Shown here piece by piece: positions 15,121-23,044 of a stretch of 32,000 nucleotides of DNA (the stretch's first letter is position 1; each line of letters starts with the position of its first letter). The position numbers were made by a program, and so were the translations under genes. Source of the DNA: Haloferax volcanii DS2 (GTDB taxonomy: Archaea; Halobacteriota; Halobacteria; Halobacteriales; Haloferacaceae). The notes under the pieces were generated by a model. It worked only from the letters and a program-made list of their open reading frames with translations. It did not search any database and was not told the DNA's origin. The stretch is taken from positions 900,001-932,000 of the forward strand of contig NC_013967.1 in the NCBI RefSeq assembly GCF_000025685.1. Direction: 5' to 3'.

Positions 15121-16070
15121 CTGTCACCTCCGACCGCGGCGGCCGCGGCGGGGCGGGCGGCCTCGAACTGCTCGCCGGTCAAAGAGAGGTAGACCTCTTC
15201 GAGACCGGGCTGTTTCCAGACGAGCGACTCGTAGACGACGCCCGCGTCGTCGAAGGCGGCGACCACGTCGCCGATGTCGCGCGGGCCGACGCCGTGGACG
15301 GTGATGCCGTCGCCCGACACCGTCGCGTCGAGCGCGGCCGGGAGCGACACCGAGCCGAGGGCCGCGTCGGCATCGGCGTCGCCGTCGGTTCGGACGACGA
15401 GGCGGCTCTCGCCGCCGTACTCGGTGACGAGGGCGTCCGGCTGGCCGACCGTGACGAGTTCGCCCGCGTTGAGCAGGCCCACGCGGTCGGCGAGGCGCTC
15501 TATCTCCGCCATGGAGTGGCTGGTGAGAAACACCGTCGTCCCGCCGGCGGCGAGGTCCTCGACGAGCCCCCACAGCGACCGGCGGCCCGCGGGGTCGATG
15601 CCGGTGGTCGGCTCGTCCAAGAACAGCACGTCGGGGTCGTTGACGAGCGTCAGCGCGATGCAGGCGCGGCGCTGTTGGCCGCCCGAGAGGTTCTCGTACC
15701 ACGTGTCGGCGGCGTCTGCGAGGCCGACCTCGTCAAGCACCGCGTCGGGGTCGCGGGCGTCGTCGTACAGCCCCGCGTAGTAGGCCACGAGTTCGCGGGC
15801 GGTGAGCCGACCCGCGGGCCGGAACTCCTGCGGGAGGACGCCGAGGCGCTGGCGGTCCACCTCGGTCGGGTCACGCCCGAGAATGGCCGCCGACCCCGAG
15901 TCAACCGCGGTCGTGCCCGTGAGGGCGCGAACCAGCGTCGTCTTCCCCGCGCCGTTCGGACCGATGAGGCCGAAGACCTCCCCCGCGGCGACCGACAGGG
16001 AGACGCCCGAGAGCGCCTCCACGTCGCCGTAGGACTTCTTGAGGCCGTCGGCGGCGAGTACCTCGTCCAT
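15117..16070 (-). CDS. ABC transporter ATP-binding protein (ABC-2/DrrA-like)
   Basis: Walker A GPNGAGKTT, signature LSGGQQRR, Walker B VLFLDEPTTGID and H-loop TSHSM. Confidence 0.95.
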   Translation of the reverse strand: MDEVLAADGLKKSYGDVEALSGVSLSVAAGEVFGLIGPNGAGKTTLVRALTGTTAVDSGSAAILGRDPTEVDRQRLGVLPQEFRPAGRLTARELVAYYAGLYDDARDPDAVLDEVGLADAADTWYENLSGGQQRRACIALTLVNDPDVLFLDEPTTGIDPAGRRSLWGLVEDLAAGGTTVFLTSHSMAEIERLADRVGLLNAGELVTVGQPDALVTEYGGESRLVVRTDGDADADAALGSVSLPAALDATVSGDGITVHGVGPRDIGDVVAAFDDAGVVYESLVWKQPGLEEVYLSLTGEQFEAARPAAAAAVGGDR

Positions 16071-16211
16071 GTCGTACCCGTCGTCACTATCGGGTGGTAA
16101 GGGATTCGGAATCGCCGCTCGATTCGAGTCGCGGGGCGGTGGGCGAACGGGGGAGGGCTCGCCAGCCCGGTCGTAGCAAGCCTTACTCCGGTCGCGCCGC
16201 TCTACGTTGAC

Positions 16212-17606
16212 ATGAACGGTTCCCGACGCGATTTCCTCGCCGCGACCGGCGCGACCCTCCTCGGCGGCCTCGCGGGCTGTGCGAGCGCCCCGACCGACGA
16301 CGGAGCCGGGGGAACGACCGACAGCGACGCGACGCCAGACGAGACTGACGGGGCGACCGCGACCGCGAACGGCGGGCCCGACGGCTCACTCGCGGGCCTC
16401 GAAGTCGCCTACGAGACGGTGGCGACCGGGTTCGCCTCGCCGGTCGACGTGGCCATCCCCGAGGCGCTCGGCGGAAGCCGACGGTTCGTCGTCGACCAGC
16501 CCGGTCGAATCTGGTTGCACGACGACTCTGGACTGCGAAGCGAATCGTACCTCGACATCACCGACCGCGTCGTCGACGTCGGCGGCTACGACGAGCGCGG
16601 CTTCCTCGGCGTCGCTTTCCACCCCGAGTTCTCCGACAACGGGCGGCTCTACCTCCGGTACAGCGCCCCGCGGCGACCGGGAACGCCTTCCATCGACAGC
16701 CACACGTTCGTCTTGAGCGAACTGACGGTCGACCCCGAAGCGACGACCGTCTCGGCCGACGCCGAGCAGACGCTGCTCGAACTCCCGCAACCCCAGTCGA
16801 ACCACAACGCCGGAGCCGTCGCGTTCGGCCCGGACGGCTATCTCTACGTCGCCACGGGCGACGGCGGCGGCGCGAACGACGAGGGGCGCGGCCACGTCGA
16901 CGACTGGTACGACGCCGTGCCGGGCGGCAACGGACAGGACGTGACCGAGAACCTCCTCGGGAGCGTCCTCCGCATCGACGTGGACTCGACCGGCGGCGTC
17001 TCGGGCGACGACGACCGGCCCTACGGAATCCCCGAGGATAACCCGCTCGTCGGCTCCGACGGCCGCGACGAGCAGTACGCGTGGGGGTTCAGAAACCCGT
17101 GGCGGCTCTCGTTCGACGGCGAGGACTGCTACGTCGCCGACGTGGGACAGGGCGCGTGGGAGGAGGTGAACCTCTTGGAGCGCGGCGGCAACTACGGCTG
17201 GAACGTCCGCGAGGGCGCACACTGCTTTCGCGCGGGCGACTGCCCGACCGAGACGCCCGACGGCGCGCCGCTCATCGACCCGGTGCTGGAGTACCCCCAC
17301 AGCGGCGACGGGCCGTCCGGGGTGGCCGTCATCGGCGGCCACGTCTACCGCGGCGAGGCGATTCCGGACCTCTCGGGCGCGTACGTCTTCGCCGACTGGC
17401 AGTCCGAGGGCAGACTGTTCGCCGCCCGCCCGAGCGAGTCGCGCCCGTGGGACATCGCGGAGCTACCCGTGACGGACCGCGACGACGGCGGGACGAACGT
17501 CCTCGCGTTCGGCCGCGACCCCGACGGCGAACTGTACGTCTGCACCAGCGACCGAGGTGTCGTGACCGGGTCGTCGGGCGCGCTGAACCGGCTGGCCGGG
17601 GTGTGA
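16212..17606 (+). CDS. PQQ-dependent (glucose/sorbosone dehydrogenase-type) sugar dehydrogenase, Tat-exported lipoprotein
   Basis: Twin-arginine signal SRRDFLAATGATLLGGLAGC with lipobox LAGC. GSDH beta-propeller motifs (HNAGAVAFGPDGYLYV, GFRNPWRLSFD, NYGWN). Confidence 0.85.
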   Translation: MNGSRRDFLAATGATLLGGLAGCASAPTDDGAGGTTDSDATPDETDGATATANGGPDGSLAGLEVAYETVATGFASPVDVAIPEALGGSRRFVVDQPGRIWLHDDSGLRSESYLDITDRVVDVGGYDERGFLGVAFHPEFSDNGRLYLRYSAPRRPGTPSIDSHTFVLSELTVDPEATTVSADAEQTLLELPQPQSNHNAGAVAFGPDGYLYVATGDGGGANDEGRGHVDDWYDAVPGGNGQDVTENLLGSVLRIDVDSTGGVSGDDDRPYGIPEDNPLVGSDGRDEQYAWGFRNPWRLSFDGEDCYVADVGQGAWEEVNLLERGGNYGWNVREGAHCFRAGDCPTETPDGAPLIDPVLEYPHSGDGPSGVAVIGGHVYRGEAIPDLSGAYVFADWQSEGRLFAARPSESRPWDIAELPVTDRDDGGTNVLAFGRDPDGELYVCTSDRGVVTGSSGALNRLAGV

Positions 17607-17639
17607 CGGCCCGAGTCGAGAACTCAAATCACACTCTGC

Positions 17640-18638
17640 TCAGGCGTCGCCGTCGACGTTGACCCGCCTGCCGGTCGTCGCTGACTCGTAGGCCGCCTCG
17701 GTCAGCGCGGTCACCCGCAGAGCGTCCTCGGCCGGGATGGCGAGGTCGGCTTCGTCGCGCGCGGCGTCCACGAAGTTCCGGAGCTTCTTCCGGGTCAGCT
17801 CCTCGAAGTCGGGCGTCGGCGGCGCGGCGGTGTAGGTCGTTCCGCCCTCCGTCACCTCGATGGTCTCGCCGTCGAAGGCGACCATCCCCTCGGTTCCGAT
17901 GACGCGGAGCGACTCGCCCGGCTCGGGGACGCTCTGTCCGTCGCCGGAGACGCCCACGCTCGCGGTAAGGCGGTCGCCGTCGCGGTCGAGGACGACCGCG
18001 AGCGCCGAGTTCACGTCCACGTCGTGGCCGCGGTGGTCGACCGCCGCGGCGACGGTCATCGGTTTCGAGCGCGTCACCCAGAGCATCGCGTCGAGGAGGT
18101 GCGACCCCGAGTCGTACAGTTGGCCGCCCCCCGACAGCGACGGGTCGCCGCGCCACTCGTCTTTCGTCCAGCGAATCCACTCCTGTTCGAGGTGGCAGAC
18201 CACCATGTGCGGGTCGCCGATGCGACCGCTGTCGACGACGCGCCGGAGTTCGTGGAACCGCGGGTCGAAGTGGCGCTGGTAGCCGACCGCGAGGGTGAGG
18301 CCGCGGTCCTCGGCGCGGTCGATGAGCGCCCGCGCGCCGCCGAGGTCGGTCACCATCGGTTTTTCGAGGTGGACGTGGATGTCGGCGTCGAGCGCGGCGA
18401 GCGCCTGGTCGAAGTGCTCGGTGTGCGGCGAGGCGATGGTCACCGCGTCGAGGAACTCGGCGTCCAGCAGTTCCGCGGCCGTCTCGTAGGTCGGCGCGTC
18501 GAACTCGCCTCCGAACCGCTCGCGCACCTCGTCGTCGGGGTCGACGCCGGCGACGACGCGCACTCCCTCCAGTTCGTTGAGGAGGCGACACTCCAGCATC
18601 CCGAGGCTTCCGAGGCCGATACCTGCGACTCTGAACAT
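17640..18638 (-). CDS. Gfo/Idh/MocA family oxidoreductase
   Basis: N-terminal Rossmann fold (VAGIGLGSLG), the conserved EKPM motif (HVHLEKPM) and a C-terminal alpha/beta domain. Confidence 0.9.
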   Translation of the reverse strand: MFRVAGIGLGSLGMLECRLLNELEGVRVVAGVDPDDEVRERFGGEFDAPTYETAAELLDAEFLDAVTIASPHTEHFDQALAALDADIHVHLEKPMVTDLGGARALIDRAEDRGLTLAVGYQRHFDPRFHELRRVVDSGRIGDPHMVVCHLEQEWIRWTKDEWRGDPSLSGGGQLYDSGSHLLDAMLWVTRSKPMTVAAAVDHRGHDVDVNSALAVVLDRDGDRLTASVGVSGDGQSVPEPGESLRVIGTEGMVAFDGETIEVTEGGTTYTAAPPTPDFEELTRKKLRNFVDAARDEADLAIPAEDALRVTALTEAAYESATTGRRVNVDGDA

Positions 18639-18717
18639 GGCGTATCAGTCGTTCGGAAGCCGCAAAAGCGTGCGGGCGAGTCGCAAGGGCTGCCCGGGTG
18701 GCTCGTGTGGGTCGGCC

Positions 18718-18969
18718 ATGGGCGACGCAGTCCTCCGGCGATTCGCCGTCGTACTCGCGTTGGTCGGTGTGGCCCTCCACGTTACGTCGCTCGACGAGAA
18801 CCCGTCGCAGGGATTCGTCACCGAGGGATTCGCGGTTCTGCTGCTCGCGCTCGCGCTCGGCGGCGCACCGGTCGCGCGCGCGAGCTGTTCGCGGCGGACG
18901 TGGCCCCCGCCGAATCGCCCGACACCGACGAACAACGCTGAACCGCTCGCCGCAACTCACACGCTTTAG
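18718..18969 (+). CDS. Possible small membrane protein (83 aa), tentative
   Basis: An ATG-initiated frame with strongly GC-biased third positions. Two hydrophobic helices (FAVVLALVGVALHV, FAVLLLALALGGAPV). The C-terminal third is Pro/Arg/Thr-rich and less protein-like. No family recognised. Confidence 0.35.
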   Translation: MGDAVLRRFAVVLALVGVALHVTSLDENPSQGFVTEGFAVLLLALALGGAPVARASCSRRTWPPPNRPTPTNNAEPLAATHTL

Positions 18970-18993
18970 TCGCCGGCCGTCGTGGCATCGACC

Positions 18994-20016
18994 ATGAGCC
19001 TCGACTATCGACGACTCGGGTCGACCGGCACTCGCGTCTCGGAACTGTGCTTCGGTACGTGGCGATTCGGCCGCAAGAGCAGCGGCGTCCTCGAGACCGA
19101 CGAGGAGGAAGCCCACGAACTCCTCGACGCGTTCGAGGAGCGCGGCGGGAACTTCATCGACACCGCCAACGTCTACGGGAACCCGAACGGGACCTCCGAG
19201 GAGTACATCGGCAACTGGCTGGCCGAGCGCGACCGCGAGGACTACGTGCTCGCCTCGAAGGTGTACTTCCCGTTCGACGAGGACAACCCCAACGGGCGCG
19301 GCCTCTCGCGGACCCACATCCGCAACCAAATCGAGGGCACGCTCGACCGCCTCGACACCGACTACCTCGACCTCTACTACATCCACCGCTGGGACGAGGA
19401 GACGCCCATCGAGGAGACGCTCCGGACGCTCAACGGTCTCGTCGAGGAGGGGAAAGTCAACTACCTCGGCGCGTCCACGATGGCCTCGTGGCAACTCACG
19501 AAGGCGCTGTGGAAGTCCGACGTCAACGACTACGCCCGGTTCGACGTGACGCAGCCGCTGTTCCACGCCGGCTACTACGAGGACGTGAAAGACTACCTCG
19601 ACGTGTGCGGCGACCAAGACATCGCGGTCTGTCCGTACTCGCCGCTCGCGGGCGGTTTCCTCACGGGCAAATACGAGCGCGCCGACCCCCACGACCCGAC
19701 CGAGTACGTCGCGCCCGACGGCGCGCGCGGCTCGTTCGACGAGCGCTTCGACCGGTTCTACGTCTCCGAGCGCGGCTGGAAGGTGCTCGACGAGATTCGC
19801 GCCGTCGCCGACGAAGTCGATGCCAGCCCCGCGCAGGTCGCGCTCCGCTGGCTGATGGACTACCCCGAGGCGACGGTCGTCCCCATCGTCGGCGCGCGAA
19901 CGACCGACCAACTCGACGAGAACGTCGGCGCGGCCGACGTGGACATCTCGACCGACCAGTGGGAGCGCATCATGAACGCCCGCTACGACGAAGACGGCCG
20001 GCGCTGGGGCCACTGA
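18994..20016 (+). CDS. Aldo/keto reductase
   Basis: Track ORF 18982..20016. AKR motifs GNFIDTANVYG, YLDLYYIHRWD and the C-terminal NADP-binding region. ATG 18994 (MSLDYRRLGSTG...) has a CTTTAG element about 27 nt upstream. Confidence 0.93.
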   Translation: MSLDYRRLGSTGTRVSELCFGTWRFGRKSSGVLETDEEEAHELLDAFEERGGNFIDTANVYGNPNGTSEEYIGNWLAERDREDYVLASKVYFPFDEDNPNGRGLSRTHIRNQIEGTLDRLDTDYLDLYYIHRWDEETPIEETLRTLNGLVEEGKVNYLGASTMASWQLTKALWKSDVNDYARFDVTQPLFHAGYYEDVKDYLDVCGDQDIAVCPYSPLAGGFLTGKYERADPHDPTEYVAPDGARGSFDERFDRFYVSERGWKVLDEIRAVADEVDASPAQVALRWLMDYPEATVVPIVGARTTDQLDENVGAADVDISTDQWERIMNARYDEDGRRWGH

Positions 20017-20066
20017 GCGGCCGCCGGCGACTGCGGGCGGTTACGGGCGGCTCGACCGATGCCTGC

Positions 20067-20072
20067 TTTTTT
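20067..20072 (+). terminator. T6 tract about 51 nt downstream of the aldo/keto reductase gene
   Basis: CTGCTTTTTTCAC read directly. It abuts the stop codon of the convergent minus-strand gene. Confidence 0.4.
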
Positions 20073-20476
20073 CACGCGATGCCGAGGTCTCGGAGGAAGT
20101 CGCAGACGACGTGGACGTAGAGCACGACCGCGAGGAACGCCGCGAGCGAGCCGAGTCCCGAGAGCGCGAGCGCGCCGACCGCGACGCCGCCGACGAGGTG
20201 GTGGCTCAGGAGGCGTTTGCGGTCGAACTCGGTGTCGAACTCCTCGAACACTCGCTCTTGGTCGAGGAGGCCGACCCGCGGGTTCGTCACCGCGAGCCGC
20301 AGGTTCGCCCAGTCGCCGCGCTGGACGCGGGCGATGACGAAGTGGTCGAGGTCGACGAAGACGCTCACGAAGACCGCGCCGGCGACGAGAAGCGGCAGGC
20401 TCCCCGGCGGGTCCACGGCGACTGCGGCGGCCGCCCCGGCGACCGCGCCGACGGCGGCGTGTTCGAGTGACTTCAC
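20072..20476 (-). CDS. Small membrane protein, tentatively YdjM/DUF457-like membrane-bound metal-dependent hydrolase
   Basis: GTG start 12 nt after the Rdx gene stop. Conserved-looking His/Asp positions (SLEHAAVG, VDLDHF, LSHHLVGG) lie between hydrophobic helices. The family assignment is from memory and tentative. Confidence 0.55.
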   Translation of the reverse strand: MKSLEHAAVGAVAGAAAAVAVDPPGSLPLLVAGAVFVSVFVDLDHFVIARVQRGDWANLRLAVTNPRVGLLDQERVFEEFDTEFDRKRLLSHHLVGGVAVGALALSGLGSLAAFLAVVLYVHVVCDFLRDLGIA

Positions 20477-20488
20477 GGGTCGCCCCGC

Positions 20489-20722
20489 TCAGCCGACGTG
20501 CGGGCGGACCCGCCGGAGCACGAGGTCCGGGTCGAACTCGTCTTCCGACTTGTCCCAGACGCGCTCGCCGTCGACGGTGACGGTGAGAACGCCGTGGTCG
20601 CCCGTCACGAGCGCCACGCGGTCGAGCCGGTCGCCGAACTGTTCGAGCAGCGCGTGCTGTAGTTGCTCGGCGCGGTCGAGGAAGCCGCAGGGAACGCAGT
20701 ATTCGATTTCGACGCTTGTCAT
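20489..20722 (-). CDS. Rdx (SelW/SelT/SelH-like) family thioredoxin-fold protein with a CxxC motif
   Basis: N-terminal IEYCVPCGF followed by the RAEQLQHALLEQF helix is the typical Rdx pattern. 77 aa. A CTTTTAC element on the minus strand lies about 27 nt upstream of the ATG. Confidence 0.75.
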   Translation of the reverse strand: MTSVEIEYCVPCGFLDRAEQLQHALLEQFGDRLDRVALVTGDHGVLTVTVDGERVWDKSEDEFDPDLVLRRVRPHVG

Positions 20723-20788
20723 GACCGGACGTTCACGGCGAGCGCGTAAAAGCGAGGGGGCGGGCCGCGAGCGCTCCTGGGACCGTCA

Positions 20789-21448
20789 CTACGACGTCCC
20801 GAAGCCGGGCCGCCACCGGAGAAGGAGCACGGTGACGAGAAAGACCAGCGTCGAGAGGTCGTACGAGAGCGTCGTCACGGTCGCCGCGACGGCCGTGCCG
20901 CCGCCGAAGACGCTCGTGGCGACCGACGCGAGGACGGGCCACGAACACGAGACACAGGAAAAGAGGCCGACGACGCCGGAGACGGCCGCACCCGCCGCCT
21001 TGACGACCGTGTCGTAGACGAGGAACGCGAGCGCCGCGTAGCCGACCACGCGCGCCGGCATGAGCACGAGGTTGAACAGGTCGCCGCCGTAGACGAGCGC
21101 CGGGCCCCATCCCGGCGGGAGGAAGGCGACGCGGACGCCGCTCGCGCCGCCGGGCACGGGCGAGGTGACGAGGCCGCCGGCGACCGCGAGGAGCGCGAAG
21201 TAGCCGACAGCGACGGCGGCCGCCTTGCGCTTCGTCGCGGTCGAGGCGGGTGCCACGTCGGTGTCGAACAGGACCCAGAGGCCGACGATGACCCACGCGA
21301 CGCCGTAGACGGCGTAGCGCGGCGCGCCGACGCTCGCCTCGGTGAAAAGCAGGTAGACGAACGCCAGGATCAGCGTCGTGTTCACGGCGAAGGCGGCGCG
21401 GAGCAGACTGGCCCGCGAGGGGCGGGGAAGTGCGGATGCGGTTGCCAT
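20789..21448 (-). CDS. Polytopic membrane protein with an intramembrane CxxC (haloarchaeal 'cox cluster protein'-type), function unknown
   Basis: Six or seven hydrophobic helices. FSCVSCSWPVLA motif in a late helix. It starts 27 nt downstream of the ctaB stop on the same strand. Confidence 0.7.
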   Translation of the reverse strand: MATASALPRPSRASLLRAAFAVNTTLILAFVYLLFTEASVGAPRYAVYGVAWVIVGLWVLFDTDVAPASTATKRKAAAVAVGYFALLAVAGGLVTSPVPGGASGVRVAFLPPGWGPALVYGGDLFNLVLMPARVVGYAALAFLVYDTVVKAAGAAVSGVVGLFSCVSCSWPVLASVATSVFGGGTAVAATVTTLSYDLSTLVFLVTVLLLRWRPGFGTS

Positions 21449-21475
21449 GTGTGTGGGTGATGTCGCAGGCGGTTC

Positions 21476-22891
21476 TCAGATGGCGAGCGTGTCGACGACG
21501 ATGGCGAGCAGCAACATCCCGAGGTAGGCGTTCGAGGCGTGGAACGCCCGGAAGGCGGCGGTGTCGTCGCGCTCGTAGTGCAGGCGCACGACGAAGTAGA
21601 GGAACGCGCCGCCGAAGAGGATGCTCGTCACGAGGTAGACGACTCCGAGGGCGTCCATGACCGCGAGGCCGGCGGCGGCGACGAGCGTCGCGCCGAGCCA
21701 CCAGAGGATGTGCTTTCGCGTCTCGGTCTCGCCGCGGACGACGGGCATCATCGGGAAGCCGCCGCGGGCGTAGTCGTCCTTGTAGGCCAGCGCGAGGTTG
21801 TAGAAGTGCGCGGGCGTCCACATGAAGATGACCACGGCGAGGACGACGCCGCCGAGGCCGACGTCGCCGGTGACGGCGACCCAGCCGATGAGCGCCGGAA
21901 GCGCGCCGGCCGCGCCGCCGATGACGGTGTTCTGGACCGTGTTGGGCTTCAGGATGAGCGTGTAGACGACGCTATAAAAGGCGATGGCGACGACGCCGAG
22001 GACGGCCGCGAGCCAGTTGACGGACGCGAACAGCGCCACCGACGCGACCGTCAGGAGCAGGCCGAACGCGACCGCGTTGCGGACGGGCACGAGGTCGACC
22101 GCGAGCGGCCGGTCGCTGGTCCGTTGCATCCGGCGGTCCACGTCGCGTTCGAGGACGTGGTTGAACGTGCCGGACGCGCCGATAGAGAGGACGCCGCCGC
22201 CGAGGGTCGCCGCGATGACTTCGGGCGTGAGGCCGGGCGAGACGGTGCCGGCGAGCGCCATCGCCGCCGACGCGACGAGACAGAGGAGCCACATCAGCCG
22301 CGGCTTCATGAGCCGGAAGTACGCGTTGACCGTCGCCTTCGCGCGGGCGACCGGGTCGGTCGGGACGGGCGGCCGCTCGCCGTCGTCGGCCGGGGGGCTC
22401 ATCGACGGGGTGCCGACCGGCGCGTCGTCGGGGTCGCCGGTGGCCGCTTCGAGCGTCCACGCGAGGGCGGCGACGAGGCCGCCGAAGATGACCATCCCGA
22501 GGACCAAGTGGAGCGTCGAGAGCGCGGGGCCGACGCCGACGGTGGCGACGACCGCGCCGAGGCCGGCCTGCGCGGGATAGAGCACGGCCGACGCAGTGAC
22601 GGTCGCTCGCACCCGGCGAGACGTGTCGGTCCACCACGCCGAGACGAGCGTGGCGACCGTGAGGAGGCCGACGAGGACGGCCGCGACGCGGTGGCCGAGG
22701 GCGACCCAGCCGTCGAGCGTCGCGGGGAGCGAAAAGCCGTCGCCGCACGCGGGCCACGCGCTGCACGCGGCGGTCGCGTCCGTGAGCGCGGTCGTCGCGC
22801 CGACGATGAGCAGGAGATAGACGCCCATCGCGGTCGCCGCGAGCAGGCCGTGGAACGTGTTCGAATCGCGATTCGTGGCCACGAAATTCAC
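21476..22891 (-). CDS. ctaB: Heme O synthase (protoheme IX farnesyltransferase) with an N-terminal compact CtaA/COX15-like 4-TM domain
   Basis: The C-terminal about 290 aa is UbiA-type (KPRLMWLL..., NHVLERDVDRRMQRTSDRPL). The N-terminal about 170 aa has a Cys pair (CSAWPACG) and His residues in TM2 (GHRVAA) and TM4 (LHLVLG). GTG start at 22891 with an AT-rich element about 27 nt upstream. Confidence 0.9.
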   Translation of the reverse strand: MNFVATNRDSNTFHGLLAATAMGVYLLLIVGATTALTDATAACSAWPACGDGFSLPATLDGWVALGHRVAAVLVGLLTVATLVSAWWTDTSRRVRATVTASAVLYPAQAGLGAVVATVGVGPALSTLHLVLGMVIFGGLVAALAWTLEAATGDPDDAPVGTPSMSPPADDGERPPVPTDPVARAKATVNAYFRLMKPRLMWLLCLVASAAMALAGTVSPGLTPEVIAATLGGGVLSIGASGTFNHVLERDVDRRMQRTSDRPLAVDLVPVRNAVAFGLLLTVASVALFASVNWLAAVLGVVAIAFYSVVYTLILKPNTVQNTVIGGAAGALPALIGWVAVTGDVGLGGVVLAVVIFMWTPAHFYNLALAYKDDYARGGFPMMPVVRGETETRKHILWWLGATLVAAAGLAVMDALGVVYLVTSILFGGAFLYFVVRLHYERDDTAAFRAFHASNAYLGMLLLAIVVDTLAI

Positions 22892-23010
22892 CTACGGACG
22901 TGTTGGACCGTCCCGTATTTAGGACCCGCGCTTTTCCGCCTCGCGTTCGGGCGTCGCTCCCCGTGATATGAGGGGGAGGGGTTGATAAACGGCGGGCCGA
23001 GAGTCGGTAC

Positions 23011-23020
23011 GCATTTATGC
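23011..23020 (+). promoter_or_regulatory. TATA-like GCATTTATGC upstream of coxB
   Basis: An AT-rich core about 30 nt upstream of ATG 23045, with GCAT/ATGC flanks forming a short inverted repeat. Confidence 0.4.
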
Positions 23021-23044
23021 GGTTGTTCCTAAGTCTCGCTCAGC

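Noticed and set aside
12981-15127. 295-aa and 491-aa minus-strand ORFs overlapping the ZIP gene and the ABC permease region
   Set aside because: They are Arg/Pro/Glu-rich low-complexity translations that span real genes on both strands, and no motifs are present.
17629-20013. 794-aa minus-strand ORF spanning the Gfo/Idh/MocA gene, the intergenic gap and the antisense of the aldo/keto reductase
   Set aside because: It crosses a clear divergent promoter region. The translation is Arg/Pro/Gly-rich with no domain signatures, so it is an artefact of GC composition.
16212-20016. PQQ-type dehydrogenase, Gfo/Idh/MocA oxidoreductase and aldo/keto reductase as one sugar-oxidation operon
   Set aside because: The three genes are on alternating strands with their own promoters and terminators. 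Adjacency alone does not support a shared pathway.
21539-22966. 475-aa plus-strand ORF antisense to ctaB (and the 20733..21821 and 21972..22766 alternative frames)
   Set aside because: These are shadow ORFs with R/D/E/G-rich translations. The ctaB frame has the UbiA motifs and TM periodicity.
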